A stretch of DNA of 41,196 nucleotides from an uncultured Fibrobacterota bacterium. GTDB taxonomy: Bacteria; Fibrobacterota; Chitinivibrionia; Chitinivibrionales; FEN-1185. This document shows positions 8,904-18,178 of this stretch, one piece after another. Location of the stretch: assembly GCA_963753345.1 (NCBI GenBank), contig CAVWBU010000030.1, positions 1 through 41,196 of the forward strand, given 5' to 3'. The notes under the pieces are model-generated. The model searched no databases and was not told where the DNA came from. It worked only from the letters and a program-made list of their open reading frames with translations. A program made the position numbers and the translations under genes. The number at the start of each line of letters is the position of its first letter. Within the stretch, counting starts at the first letter, position 1.

Positions 8904-11900
8904 TTATGCGCCGGCCACGCGGATTTGCACGCCAGCCTTGAAATCGTCGATTGCTATGGCCTCGGCCGTGGCGCCTTTGTCCAGCTCCCACCCGATGGAA
9001 ACCGCCAGGGTCTCGCTGCACACGTACTCGCGGAATTTCTCTATGGCCGAAGCAAGCGGGGCCGGTGCGGCGCAGCAAATGGCGATGCGGTCGCTCACGT
9101 TGAGGCCCGCGTTTTTTCGCATGGTCTGGATTCGATTGACAAATTCGCGTGCCAGGCACTCTTCACACAGCTCCGGGGTGATCGTCGTATTGAGCGCCAC
9201 CGTGATCCCGCCCTCGGTCTCGACTTCCACGCCTTCGTGTTTTGTGCGCCGGATTTCGATGTCGTCAATAACAATCGGATGGCCGAGCACGTCGCGCGTC
9301 TCGCCGCGTTCCAGGGCATGGATGTCGGCGCTGGAAAACGATTCGATGATTTTCGCCGCCCCCTTCATGGTGGGACCCAGAACCTTGCCGAGGCGTTTGA
9401 AGTTTGCTTTTGCGGAAAGCGACACCACCGAGCTTTCGTCCGATTCGAAGCGGACCTTCTTGACATTGAGTTCGTCCCGCAGGAGCGATTCCATGTCCTG
9501 CATGAGGCCGCGCATCGAATCGTTGCGGATCACGACCGTGAGTTCGGACAGGGGTTGGCGCGTCTTGAGGTTGAACCTGCTCCGCAGCGCGCGCGCCATG
9601 GTGACAATGGTGCGCACGTTGTGCATCTTCTCAACAAGGTCGGCGTTGGTCAGGCGGGCGTTGCTTTCCGGGTATGCCTCGCAGTGCACGCTTCCCCGCG
9701 CCGAGGAGAGATTCCGGAATATCGCTTCGGTCAAGAACGGCAGGAACGGCGCCATCAGCTTTGAAAACTCCACCAGCACCCAGTACAGGGTCGTATAGGC
9801 ATTGTTCTTGTCTTCGTCATTCTCGCTTTTCCAGAACCTGCGGCGCGAGCGCCTGATGTACCAGTTGGTAAGATTGTCGATGAAATCAACCAGCAGCGGT
9901 ACTACTTTGTAGAGGTTGTACTCTTCCATCTCCTTGTTTACCGATGCAGATGAGGCCGCGACAGAAGCGAAACGATCCATCGGTCGAGCTCGTTTGTACT
10001 GTCCAGTATGATTCTTTGGGGGCGGCGACCAGCCGTCCACGTTGGCGTAGGTCACGAAGAACGTGTAGGCGTTCCAGAACGGCAGCAGCACGGCGCGCGA
10101 CATCTCGAGCACGCCGTTTTCCGAGAACCGCAGGTCCTCGGCCTTGACTGCGGGCGAGTTGATGAGGAACAGCCTCAGCGCGTCTGCGCCGAGCTTTGCC
10201 AGGATTTCCTCGGGCGGCGCGTAGTTCCGGAGGCGCTTGGACAGCTTCTTGCCGTCCTCCGACAGAATGATGCCGTTGACAATCACGTTTCTGAACGCGG
10301 TTTTTCCGAACAGCGCGCTTGACAGCACGGTAAGGGTGTAGAACCAGCCGCGCGTCTGGTCGAGCCCTTCGGCGATGAAGTCGGCGGGGAAGTTTCTATT
10401 GAATGAATCTTTGTTTTCAAAGGGATAATGATTCTGGGCGTACGGCATCGACCCGGACTCGAACCAGCAGTCGAGAACTTCAGGCGTGCGCTTCATTGGT
10501 TTGCCGCATTTCGGGCAGGAAAGAATCAATTCATCAATGATATGGCGATGAAGATCATCTTTTGGAATTTCAGCAAACGTGACTCGTTGACCCCGTCCTG
10601 GTTCCTTTTCTGTTTCTTGAAATAGTGCCGATCCTTTTCCCCGTACATTTTTTTGGACTTTTTGTATTGCCTCTTGATGATGCTGCGACCCAAGCTTCTT
10701 GTCACCCTTACCTGCAAGTCTGTGCAAATCATCAAGACTCCCGACACATTCCCGGTGTCCGCACTCGCACAGCCACACCGGAATGGGCGTGCCCCAGTAC
10801 CGGTTGCGCGAGATGTTCCAGTCGGGCGCGCTTTCCACGCCCTTGCCGAAGCGTCCGTTCTGTAAATGAGCCGGGACCCAGTGGATGGCCTGGTTGTTGT
10901 CGAGCATGTTCTTCTTGAGCGGACCAATTTTCATGAACCACGTGGTGATCGCCTTGTAGATGAGCGCCGAGTCGCACCGGTAGCAGTGCGGGTAGCGGTG
11001 TTCCAGCGTGGAGCGGTGCACGAGCCTGCCCATTGTCTTGATGCGCTTGACAATGTCGCCGTCCGCGTCGAACACGAGCCGCCCCGCGTACTCGGGGACG
11101 TCGGCGGTGAATTTTCCCTCTTCGTCAACCGGGCACACGATGGGAAGGTCGAGCTTTGTTCCCACGGCAAAGTCGTCCTCGCCGAACGCGGGTGCGATGT
11201 GCACGATGCCCGTGCCGTCTTCGGTGGACACGAAGTCGGCGCAGGTGACGGTGAAGAATTTGTCGGATACTTTTGCAAAGTAGTCGAACAGGGGAGCGTA
11301 GCGCAGGCCCGCAAGAGTCTCGCCCGAAACCTCCTCAAGCACCGTGTACTGCGAAGCGTCCTTGTAATATGCGGCGATGCGGTCCTTTGCGACGATATAC
11401 GTTGAATCGCCGTCCTTTACTTTGAGATAGGTGATGTCCGGGCCCACGGCGCAGGCAACATTGGAGGGCAGGGTCCACGGCGTGGTGGTCCAGACGAGGA
11501 GCTTGGTGGATGGATCGTTAACAAGAGGGAAAGCGATAGTGATCGAGGGGCTCTGCACTTCCCGGTAACCTTCGTTCATCTCGAAATTCGACAGGGGAGT
11601 GGCGCAGCGCGGGCAATAGGGTTGCACGCGGAACCCCTGATAGACCAACCCCTTTTTCCACACCTCGGAAAACACCCACCAGATGCTCTCCATATACGGC
11701 GGGTCCATGGTGCGGTACTGGTTGTCAAAATCGACCCATCTGCCCATGCGCTCCACAACGCTGCGCCATTCCGAGGTATAGCGCAGCACGATGGAGCGGC
11801 ATATCTCGTTGAACACGTCGACGCCCCACTCGTCCTCGATGTTGTGCTTGCTGATGCCATGCGCCTTCTCCACCTCGTTTTCCACGGGCAGGCCGTGGCA

Positions 11901-12170
11901 GTCCCACCCGAACCGACGCGAAACAAACCTGCCGCGCATGGTCCAGTAGCGGGGCACGATGTCCTTGAGTGTGCCGGCGAGCAGGTGGCCGTAATGCGGA
12001 AGGCCGGTGGCAAACGGCGGCCCGTCGAAGAAGACGAACGGGTCTTTGCCTTTTGTCAAATCAAGGCTTTTGGAGAAGGTCCCGTCGCTTTTCCAGAACG
12101 AAAGCACCTCGTCTTCGACGGCCGGAAAGCTGATCTTTGACGATACGGGTCGAAACGCCGATTGCTTCAT
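8904..12170 (-). CDS. ileS: Isoleucine--tRNA ligase, type 2 (eukaryote-like)
   Basis: DGPPFATGLPHYGH, GWDCHGLP, WTTTPWTLP, DWNISRNRYWG, CWFESGSMP, EGLDQTRGWF, KLSKR. Confidence 0.98.
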   Translation of the reverse strand: MKQSAFRPVSSKISFPAVEDEVLSFWKSDGTFSKSLDLTKGKDPFVFFDGPPFATGLPHYGHLLAGTLKDIVPRYWTMRGRFVSRRFGWDCHGLPVENEVEKAHGISKHNIEDEWGVDVFNEICRSIVLRYTSEWRSVVERMGRWVDFDNQYRTMDPPYMESIWWVFSEVWKKGLVYQGFRVQPYCPRCATPLSNFEMNEGYREVQSPSITIAFPLVNDPSTKLLVWTTTPWTLPSNVACAVGPDITYLKVKDGDSTYIVAKDRIAAYYKDASQYTVLEEVSGETLAGLRYAPLFDYFAKVSDKFFTVTCADFVSTEDGTGIVHIAPAFGEDDFAVGTKLDLPIVCPVDEEGKFTADVPEYAGRLVFDADGDIVKRIKTMGRLVHRSTLEHRYPHCYRCDSALIYKAITTWFMKIGPLKKNMLDNNQAIHWVPAHLQNGRFGKGVESAPDWNISRNRYWGTPIPVWLCECGHRECVGSLDDLHRLAGKGDKKLGSQHHQEAIQKVQKNVRGKGSALFQETEKEPGRGQRVTFAEIPKDDLHRHIIDELILSCPKCGKPMKRTPEVLDCWFESGSMPYAQNHYPFENKDSFNRNFPADFIAEGLDQTRGWFYTLTVLSSALFGKTAFRNVIVNGIILSEDGKKLSKRLRNYAPPEEILAKLGADALRLFLINSPAVKAEDLRFSENGVLEMSRAVLLPFWNAYTFFVTYANVDGWSPPPKNHTGQYKRARPMDRFASVAASSASVNKEMEEYNLYKVVPLLVDFIDNLTNWYIRRSRRRFWKSENDEDKNNAYTTLYWVLVEFSKLMAPFLPFLTEAIFRNLSSARGSVHCEAYPESNARLTNADLVEKMHNVRTIVTMARALRSRFNLKTRQPLSELTVVIRNDSMRGLMQDMESLLRDELNVKKVRFESDESSVVSLSAKANFKRLGKVLGPTMKGAAKIIESFSSADIHALERGETRDVLGHPIVIDDIEIRRTKHEGVEVETEGGITVALNTTITPELCEECLAREFVNRIQTMRKNAGLNVSDRIAICCAAPAPLASAIEKFREYVCSETLAVSIGWELDKGATAEAIAIDDFKAGVQIRVAGA

Positions 12171-12991
12171 AACGCCTGCAGCACCTTGTTGATAAGGGAG
12201 ACAAGCTTGGGCTCGGCCGCGCTTGCATTGGCGACAATTTTCTTTATGTCGATCGGCTCGAGCGCGTCCGGAAGGCAGGAATCCGTGATAACCGACAGCC
12301 CGAGCACCGAGAGCCCGCAGTGCGCCGCTTCGATCACCTCGGGCACGGTGCTCATGCCCACAGCATCTGCGCCCAGGGTCTTGAGCATGCGGTACTCCGC
12401 GCGCGTCTCCAGACTCGGGCCGGTCATTGCGGCGTACACGCCGAAGGAAAGCGGGATTTTATTTTCCAGCGCAACCCTCCGGCATAAATCCGCAAGCGCG
12501 CCCGAATACGGCTGAGACATGTCCGGGTACTGCGGCCCGATGCGGGTGTCGTTTTGCCCGATAAGCGGATTGCCGCCCAGCAGGTTGATGTGGTCGGTGA
12601 TCACCATGATGGTTCCGGGCGGGAACTGCGGGTTGATGCCGCCGGCGGCGTTCGAGACCACGAGCGTGCGCACGTTCATGAACTTCATGACGCGCACGGG
12701 GAAAACGATCTGCTGCATGGAGTATCCCTCGTAAAAATGGAACCGCCCCTGCATGGCCATCACCTGCTTCCCGCCGAGCGTGCCCATGATGAGCTTTCCC
12801 GCGTGCGTCTCCATTGTTGACAAAGGAAAATGCGGGATGGTCTCGTAGGGGATCACGGCCTCGATCTGGATGGAATCCACGAGCTTTCCCAGCCCGGTCC
12901 CGAGAATGATGCCGTATTCGGGCCTCGTCTTCGACTTGTTTTCGATGAACGTCTTGGCGTCGATGATCATGTCGTAAACGGTCTTGGGCAT
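12167..12991 (-). CDS. punA: Purine-nucleoside phosphorylase (trimeric type)
   Basis: GIILGTGLG, MQGRFHFYEG, SNAAGG, GPSLET, GADAVGMSTVPE. Confidence 0.95.
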   Translation of the reverse strand: MPKTVYDMIIDAKTFIENKSKTRPEYGIILGTGLGKLVDSIQIEAVIPYETIPHFPLSTMETHAGKLIMGTLGGKQVMAMQGRFHFYEGYSMQQIVFPVRVMKFMNVRTLVVSNAAGGINPQFPPGTIMVITDHINLLGGNPLIGQNDTRIGPQYPDMSQPYSGALADLCRRVALENKIPLSFGVYAAMTGPSLETRAEYRMLKTLGADAVGMSTVPEVIEAAHCGLSVLGLSVITDSCLPDALEPIDIKKIVANASAAEPKLVSLINKVLQAL

Positions 12992-13158
12992 GTGAAAATC
13001 CTTCCCTTGAGTGAGGCAAGTGCGCGTTTTTTGTCGAGCAGCACAAGCAATCAAAAATAATGCATGGAAGGGGGTCTTCGAGTGAATGGCGGGGGAAGGG
13101 AGAAAGAAGATTCACCGCAAAGGCGAAAGGGGCGCAAAGAAGAGAAGAAATAGAAATT

Positions 13159-14712
13159 TCACGTGTGCTCCGGCTCCTTTTTTCCCCGCTCATAATAATG
13201 CAGCGCAATCAGTATCACCGCCGCCGCTAAATACACGAGCGCAAACGAGTCTGCCGCGCCGGGCCTCAGGTTGTTGATGACGCCAGCATCCGGGACAAGT
13301 TTGTACGCGTGCATGAGACCGAAATACGACAAGACAGAGCCGGCGAGCATCCAGAGCGCTGCCTTGACAAACTGTCGTTCCATCACAAAAACCATCATCG
13401 ACGAGAGGACCATGCAGGTGAGCATGAAACCCTGGCTCAGGGCAATGATGCCGTAGATAAAAAGGTCGTTGCCGAATTTGGGCGCGGCGTCGAACAGGCT
13501 CGTGCCCGCTTTCATGAGGGCGGTGTTGACAAGCAGTAATGCCCATGACGCAAGGGCCGGGATAAGCCCGAGCGCCACGGCCAGGCCGTGCCGCTTCGGG
13601 GTTTCCGAAAACGCCTGCGCGGTGATGATGATGCCGATCCACAGGAGAATGCCGATCATGGCTTCCATGGGCACCACCTTGAGCACCAGCGTGACCCCGC
13701 CGATAAGGCAGAGCAAGGTGATTACGGACCCGTTGAGTATGGAGTATCCCCAGCGCGCGCCCATTGCTTTCCATCCCGGATGCCCGATGTAAATGGTGGT
13801 CGGAAACGGGCTGCCCAGACACGCCGCCACCACGGAGCCGAACCCGTTGACAAGCAGCGACGACCTGGTCTGGTAGCGATCGCCCGCTGCTTCAGCGCTT
13901 TCCAGGTTCTGCAGCGAGCCCACAACGTTGAACAGCGCCATGGGGAATATCACGGAGAAGTACTTCCAGCCCTGCCCGTCCCGCAGAAAGACGATCATGT
14001 CACCGAAGGCGGCGTGCGGGTAATACACGCGAAAATGATACGGGTCGGCGAGTGGATGGAAATAGGGGAAGCCGCACCATTTGAGGATCCAGGCGATAAC
14101 CACGCCCACCAGCACGGCGACAAAACCGCCGGGCAATCCCAGCGGCAGCCTTATTCTGCCGCCGTAGGCGAACAGCACAAGCAGCATCGGAAGCAGCGCA
14201 AGGACCGGCATGCTGAAAATCTGAAACACGAACCCCATGGAGATGAATGTTATTGCAATACCTGCCAGGGTTGACAAAAGCGCTGCCCGCGGCGTGTGCC
14301 TCCGCACCCAGTCTCCCACAAACGCGCCGATAATTTCCAGGACCGCACTTGCCAGGCACGCGAAAAGCCCTGCCTGCCATGCAAGCACCGCGTTCTTGGT
14401 CGCGAGATAGATAGGCATGATGATAAGGAAAACATAGGCGATGAGACTGACCGTGTTGATGCCGTAGGGCAGGGCGGTAACGTCCTTGCGGCCCGTGCGC
14501 ATTGCCAGTTTTCGGGCCTGCCACGCATAGAAAAGGTTGCCGAACAGGATGGAAATAGCGGCGCCGGGAAGTATCGTGCCGTACACCAGGCCCGCGGGCA
14601 TGCCGCAGAACCGGTTGCAGAACACCGCGATGAGCATGAGCTGCAGGAGATTGTCCACGAACAGCCCGAAGAACCCGTCGATATCGCCGCGCGAAAACCA
14701 TCCTTTGAGCAT
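13159..14712 (-). CDS. NCS2-like/AzgA-related permease
   Basis: Many TM segments; GDIDGFFGLF, TALPYGINT, ESAEAAGD, TTIYIGHPGWK. Upstream of punA. Confidence 0.85.
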   Translation of the reverse strand: MLKGWFSRGDIDGFFGLFVDNLLQLMLIAVFCNRFCGMPAGLVYGTILPGAAISILFGNLFYAWQARKLAMRTGRKDVTALPYGINTVSLIAYVFLIIMPIYLATKNAVLAWQAGLFACLASAVLEIIGAFVGDWVRRHTPRAALLSTLAGIAITFISMGFVFQIFSMPVLALLPMLLVLFAYGGRIRLPLGLPGGFVAVLVGVVIAWILKWCGFPYFHPLADPYHFRVYYPHAAFGDMIVFLRDGQGWKYFSVIFPMALFNVVGSLQNLESAEAAGDRYQTRSSLLVNGFGSVVAACLGSPFPTTIYIGHPGWKAMGARWGYSILNGSVITLLCLIGGVTLVLKVVPMEAMIGILLWIGIIITAQAFSETPKRHGLAVALGLIPALASWALLLVNTALMKAGTSLFDAAPKFGNDLFIYGIIALSQGFMLTCMVLSSMMVFVMERQFVKAALWMLAGSVLSYFGLMHAYKLVPDAGVINNLRPGAADSFALVYLAAAVILIALHYYERGKKEPEHT

Positions 14713-14814
14713 AGTGTGATCTCCAAGGTGCTGTTGATCTGAATAAAATGAATTTGTCATATGATCGAAAGCAACGCTTATTATGGTAAATGCTATTTTC
14801 CATGCCGGTGTTAC

Positions 14815-15867
14815 ATGCGCCACAGTAGAAGAATTCCGCTTCTTTTCCCCCGCACGGCGCGGCCGCTATTCCGCGGTCTGCCGATCGCCGCCGCCGCGGG
14901 TTTACTCTTCGCGGGCTATGCGCTTGTCCGCATGGACGTCGAAACCCTCATGGTGCGCGGCGAAAAGATGGTCGTCCGCGCGTCGTCCTGCCTTCAGGGA
15001 CCGCGGATATTCTCTCTTGCAAACCTCTTCGACAACGATTCGACGACCTGCTGGATCGAGGGTGATGCCGACAGCATTTCCGGCCGCTGGCTCGACATCA
15101 CCTGGCAGGAAAAGAAACGGTTCCGCGGCATTATTTTCGGGCTGGGATGCAGGAGGGACTACACGAGCCTCGCGGAATTCGGCGTCGCCACCGGCCTGCG
15201 GGTGAAGCTTGACGAAAAGGACGCCTTCGACCGGCGGGTGGCGTGGGAATGGGGCAACGACGGGCTGGTGTACGACGGCCTTAACATGCGCAAGGCAATT
15301 CTATGGTTCGATTCCGACACGGCATTCACCACGGCCCAGATGCGGATCAAATTTACTTCGGTGATGAGCGGCAGGCGCTACATCAACGTGGCGATGTCCG
15401 ACATGGAGCCCATTGACGCATTTGACAACCGCTTCGAGCTCCTGACGTTACTTGTGGGCTTGTCGTTCAACCCCAACGACCTGGGCGCCGTGTACTCCCG
15501 GTTCGTTCCCGGCGATCCTTCCGAGCCCGCCGGGATCGCGCAGGTCGTCGACAGCGTTATTTCCTTTTCCGGCGCAAGAAACAGCGGCGACCTTGCGGCA
15601 GCGCTCAACCTCGCGTTCAACGCGCAACCCGAGGCCATCACCGACAATGATGCGATTGTAAAGTTTGTCGCGGCATTCAAGGCGCTGCTCGTGTCCGGGC
15701 CCGATGCGCCCCGGTTCGTGTTCGACGGCCGCAAAGCTTCCTACCTGCTTCCCGTGGGCTCGCTCCGCCATGGACGGTCGCGCATCGACGTGTGGCGCAG
15801 CATCTCCTCGCAGCGCACGTCACGGGGACTTGAGGTGACGGTGGGATACAGTGCGTTTGTGAATTGA
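14815..15867 (+). CDS. Membrane-anchored hypothetical protein with discoidin/F5-8-like domain
   Basis: N-terminal hydrophobic segment, then RASS..NLFDNDSTTCWIEG..G.WL.I discoidin-like motif. Confidence 0.65.
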   Translation: MRHSRRIPLLFPRTARPLFRGLPIAAAAGLLFAGYALVRMDVETLMVRGEKMVVRASSCLQGPRIFSLANLFDNDSTTCWIEGDADSISGRWLDITWQEKKRFRGIIFGLGCRRDYTSLAEFGVATGLRVKLDEKDAFDRRVAWEWGNDGLVYDGLNMRKAILWFDSDTAFTTAQMRIKFTSVMSGRRYINVAMSDMEPIDAFDNRFELLTLLVGLSFNPNDLGAVYSRFVPGDPSEPAGIAQVVDSVISFSGARNSGDLAAALNLAFNAQPEAITDNDAIVKFVAAFKALLVSGPDAPRFVFDGRKASYLLPVGSLRHGRSRIDVWRSISSQRTSRGLEVTVGYSAFVN

Positions 15868-15880
15868 CATTAAATTTTGC

Positions 15881-16972
15881 TCACGTTTTTCCGCCGTTCT
15901 CCAGGCGGGCGTAATGACAGAGCATGAGCTCGCCCGTCTTCTCGTTACGCAAGTGCAATCCGTTGCCCAGGCACCACCGGTACGCCTTGCACGAAGCGCA
16001 AGGCCCGGTTTTTGTCCACGACCTGTTGCGCATGATCCGGAATCTGCCGTTCCAGACCGCCCAGAAATCGTCTTTGTAAATATTCCCCTGGATATAATCG
16101 GCGCGAAGACTCGGACAGGCCGAAATCGAACCGTCGATCAGCACCGATCCAACGGAGACGCCTGCGGCGCATTGGAAATAGTTGTCGCGCGCCGCTCCCT
16201 CATAGCTTCCGAGAAAGCCCTCGCATCCGAAATTCGGCCGCACCCTGCCCTCTTTTTTCGTGTCGACGATGAAGTCCATAAGGTCCACAAACTGCCGGTC
16301 CGAAATCTGCAATTCCGCGTTCGCGGCCGCTCTTCCCTTGGGAAATATAGTAAGCAGGCGCCAGTTGTTTACGCCCCTGTCGTTGAGCAGGTCCTTGATT
16401 TTTGGGAGCTCGCCGAAATTCCGGCGGTTCACGCACGTCGCAACATCAAAGATGATGTTGTCGGTGGCTGCCGCAAGCTCAACTGCCGTCACCGCGCGTT
16501 CGAACGACCCCGCTTTATTGCGAAGCCAGTCGTGCGACGCCCTCAGGCCGTCAAGGCTGATGGTAATGGAGCGCAACCCCGCGTCCAGGAGACGGCCGTA
16601 CCTCTCCCGCGTCAGGGCATAGCCGTTCGTGACGAATCCCCATGGAAAACCGCGCTTGTACAGCTCCCGGCCGCATTGTTCGAGGTCGTCGCGCATAAGC
16701 GGTTCTCCGCCGGTAATGGCGATGGTGGTCCTGTGCGGATCAACACGTTCTTTGATGGAGTCGATGACGCGCAGGAAATCGCTGAGCGGCATATCGGGAA
16801 GTGATGCGTCGCGAAGACAGTCGCTGCCGCAATGGAGACACGAAAGATTGCAGCGAAGGGTGCATTCCCAGAAAAGATAGCGCAGATCGTGGACGCGGGC
16901 GTCAATGCTTTTTTTGATGCCGAACAGGTCGAGCGCAATGCGTTTGCGCAGGGGAATTTTGAGGCCGTTCAT
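15881..16972 (-). CDS. Radical SAM/SPASM enzyme (TIGR04133-like; PlpX splicease-related)
   Basis: FWECTLRCNLSCLHCGSDC, TGGEPL, SLDG..HD..R, SPASM CAAG..DGSISACPSL and C-X2-C-X5-C. Confidence 0.9.
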   Translation of the reverse strand: MNGLKIPLRKRIALDLFGIKKSIDARVHDLRYLFWECTLRCNLSCLHCGSDCLRDASLPDMPLSDFLRVIDSIKERVDPHRTTIAITGGEPLMRDDLEQCGRELYKRGFPWGFVTNGYALTRERYGRLLDAGLRSITISLDGLRASHDWLRNKAGSFERAVTAVELAAATDNIIFDVATCVNRRNFGELPKIKDLLNDRGVNNWRLLTIFPKGRAAANAELQISDRQFVDLMDFIVDTKKEGRVRPNFGCEGFLGSYEGAARDNYFQCAAGVSVGSVLIDGSISACPSLRADYIQGNIYKDDFWAVWNGRFRIMRNRSWTKTGPCASCKAYRWCLGNGLHLRNEKTGELMLCHYARLENGGKT

Positions 16973-17790
16973 CGCTCGATGGAGATCCTGGTTATGGCCG
17001 CGTGCGACTCGGTTTGCAGCTTGAGGAAATAAATCCCGGCTGAAAGGCCTGTCGTTTCCAAATGGGCGTCATGAATGCCGGCCGATTCGGACCTGTTGAA
17101 AAGTTCTCTTATCAGCCTGCCGGTTGCGCCGTATAGCGCCATGCGAACCTGCACTTGTGCAGGAAGCGCATACCGCATTTCGATTGTTCCATTTGCGGAG
17201 CGCCATGCACGCATCGACATGGCCGCCGGGGAAGCACTGGGCCCCATGGGGTTGACCGCCTGGGAGAGCTTCTGCAGATACAATTCGACAGTAACCGTGT
17301 CCGGCCAGCCGCTGCCGGCGGGAACGGAAATCAGGGTGTCTTTGTTTTGGAACGATCCGTTCTGCGCGCCATCGATATCCTGCGCTTCAAGAATCCAGGT
17401 ATTGAAGCCAGGCGCCTGGAAAAACGTCATGTAGAACGACCCGTCGTCTGCCGTGATGGCTGAGTCGATGGTCGCCTTTGTCGCCGTATCCTTCACGGTC
17501 ACTTTTATGCCTTCAATGGTTGCATTGTCGGAAAGAGACTTGAGCGTTCCTTTGATGGTGAACTGCGCGGAGATCGGCCCGTACCAAACGACAACGCCGT
17601 ACAGTGGAGTGATGCCATAGGCAGGAACGACAATCGTTGAATCGGCTTTTGCAAGTCCCTTGCTCGTCGTCTGTATGATCTGGCCGGAGGCATACACAAA
17701 GAACGTGAAAAGGAACGTCACCGCTGCGCCGATTAGCCTGAGCAGCATCATTGACATACGGCCGGGGAGCTTGATGATTTTTTTTGCCAT
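16969..17790 (-). CDS. Exported radical-SAM partner protein with XYG repeats and T9SS/FlgD-like C-terminal domain
   Basis: Signal-like N-terminus; PAYGIT-PLYGVV-VWYGPI; F.IKG..IEGIKV..DIDGAQNG.F beta domain resembling TIGR04134 partners; C-terminal LSAGIYFLKL sorting-domain motif; 4-bp overlap with the rSAM gene. Confidence 0.8.
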   Translation of the reverse strand: MAKKIIKLPGRMSMMLLRLIGAAVTFLFTFFVYASGQIIQTTSKGLAKADSTIVVPAYGITPLYGVVVWYGPISAQFTIKGTLKSLSDNATIEGIKVTVKDTATKATIDSAITADDGSFYMTFFQAPGFNTWILEAQDIDGAQNGSFQNKDTLISVPAGSGWPDTVTVELYLQKLSQAVNPMGPSASPAAMSMRAWRSANGTIEMRYALPAQVQVRMALYGATGRLIRELFNRSESAGIHDAHLETTGLSAGIYFLKLQTESHAAITRISIER

Positions 17791-18178
17791 GGTACCCTCC
17801 GATTGCATGGGCAAGCGCTCCCAAAACGGCGAGGTATAATCACTTTTGATGGGAGCGCATTACTGGGCAGAAAACAGTGTCGGATTCAACACTCATAATA
17901 TAGTCGCGGAAAGACGGAAAGGGTTCATTCTTTTTCTTTGGGCGGGTATCATAGGTTCCCGCTTGAACGTCTTCAAAAAGGTAGGGATTTCGCGCGCCCG
18001 ACAGGAAGGGCGCAAAGCGACGCGAAGTGGTTGCCTCACCAGATTCTTATTTTCAATTTCAATCATACAGTAATCACTTTTCTCTTTCCGCCATCCCACT
18101 CCTCGAACCATATTTCTCTTACAGCAATTTCACCGGCAATTGGAAAAACAAGAAAGAAGAAAAGGAAACAAAGCCGCC

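Noticed and set aside
17995-18012. CAGGAAG hairpin resembling the SRP RNA loop
   Set aside because: Lacks the CAGG...AGCAG internal-loop context; recurs at 20518-20535 as a small repeat.
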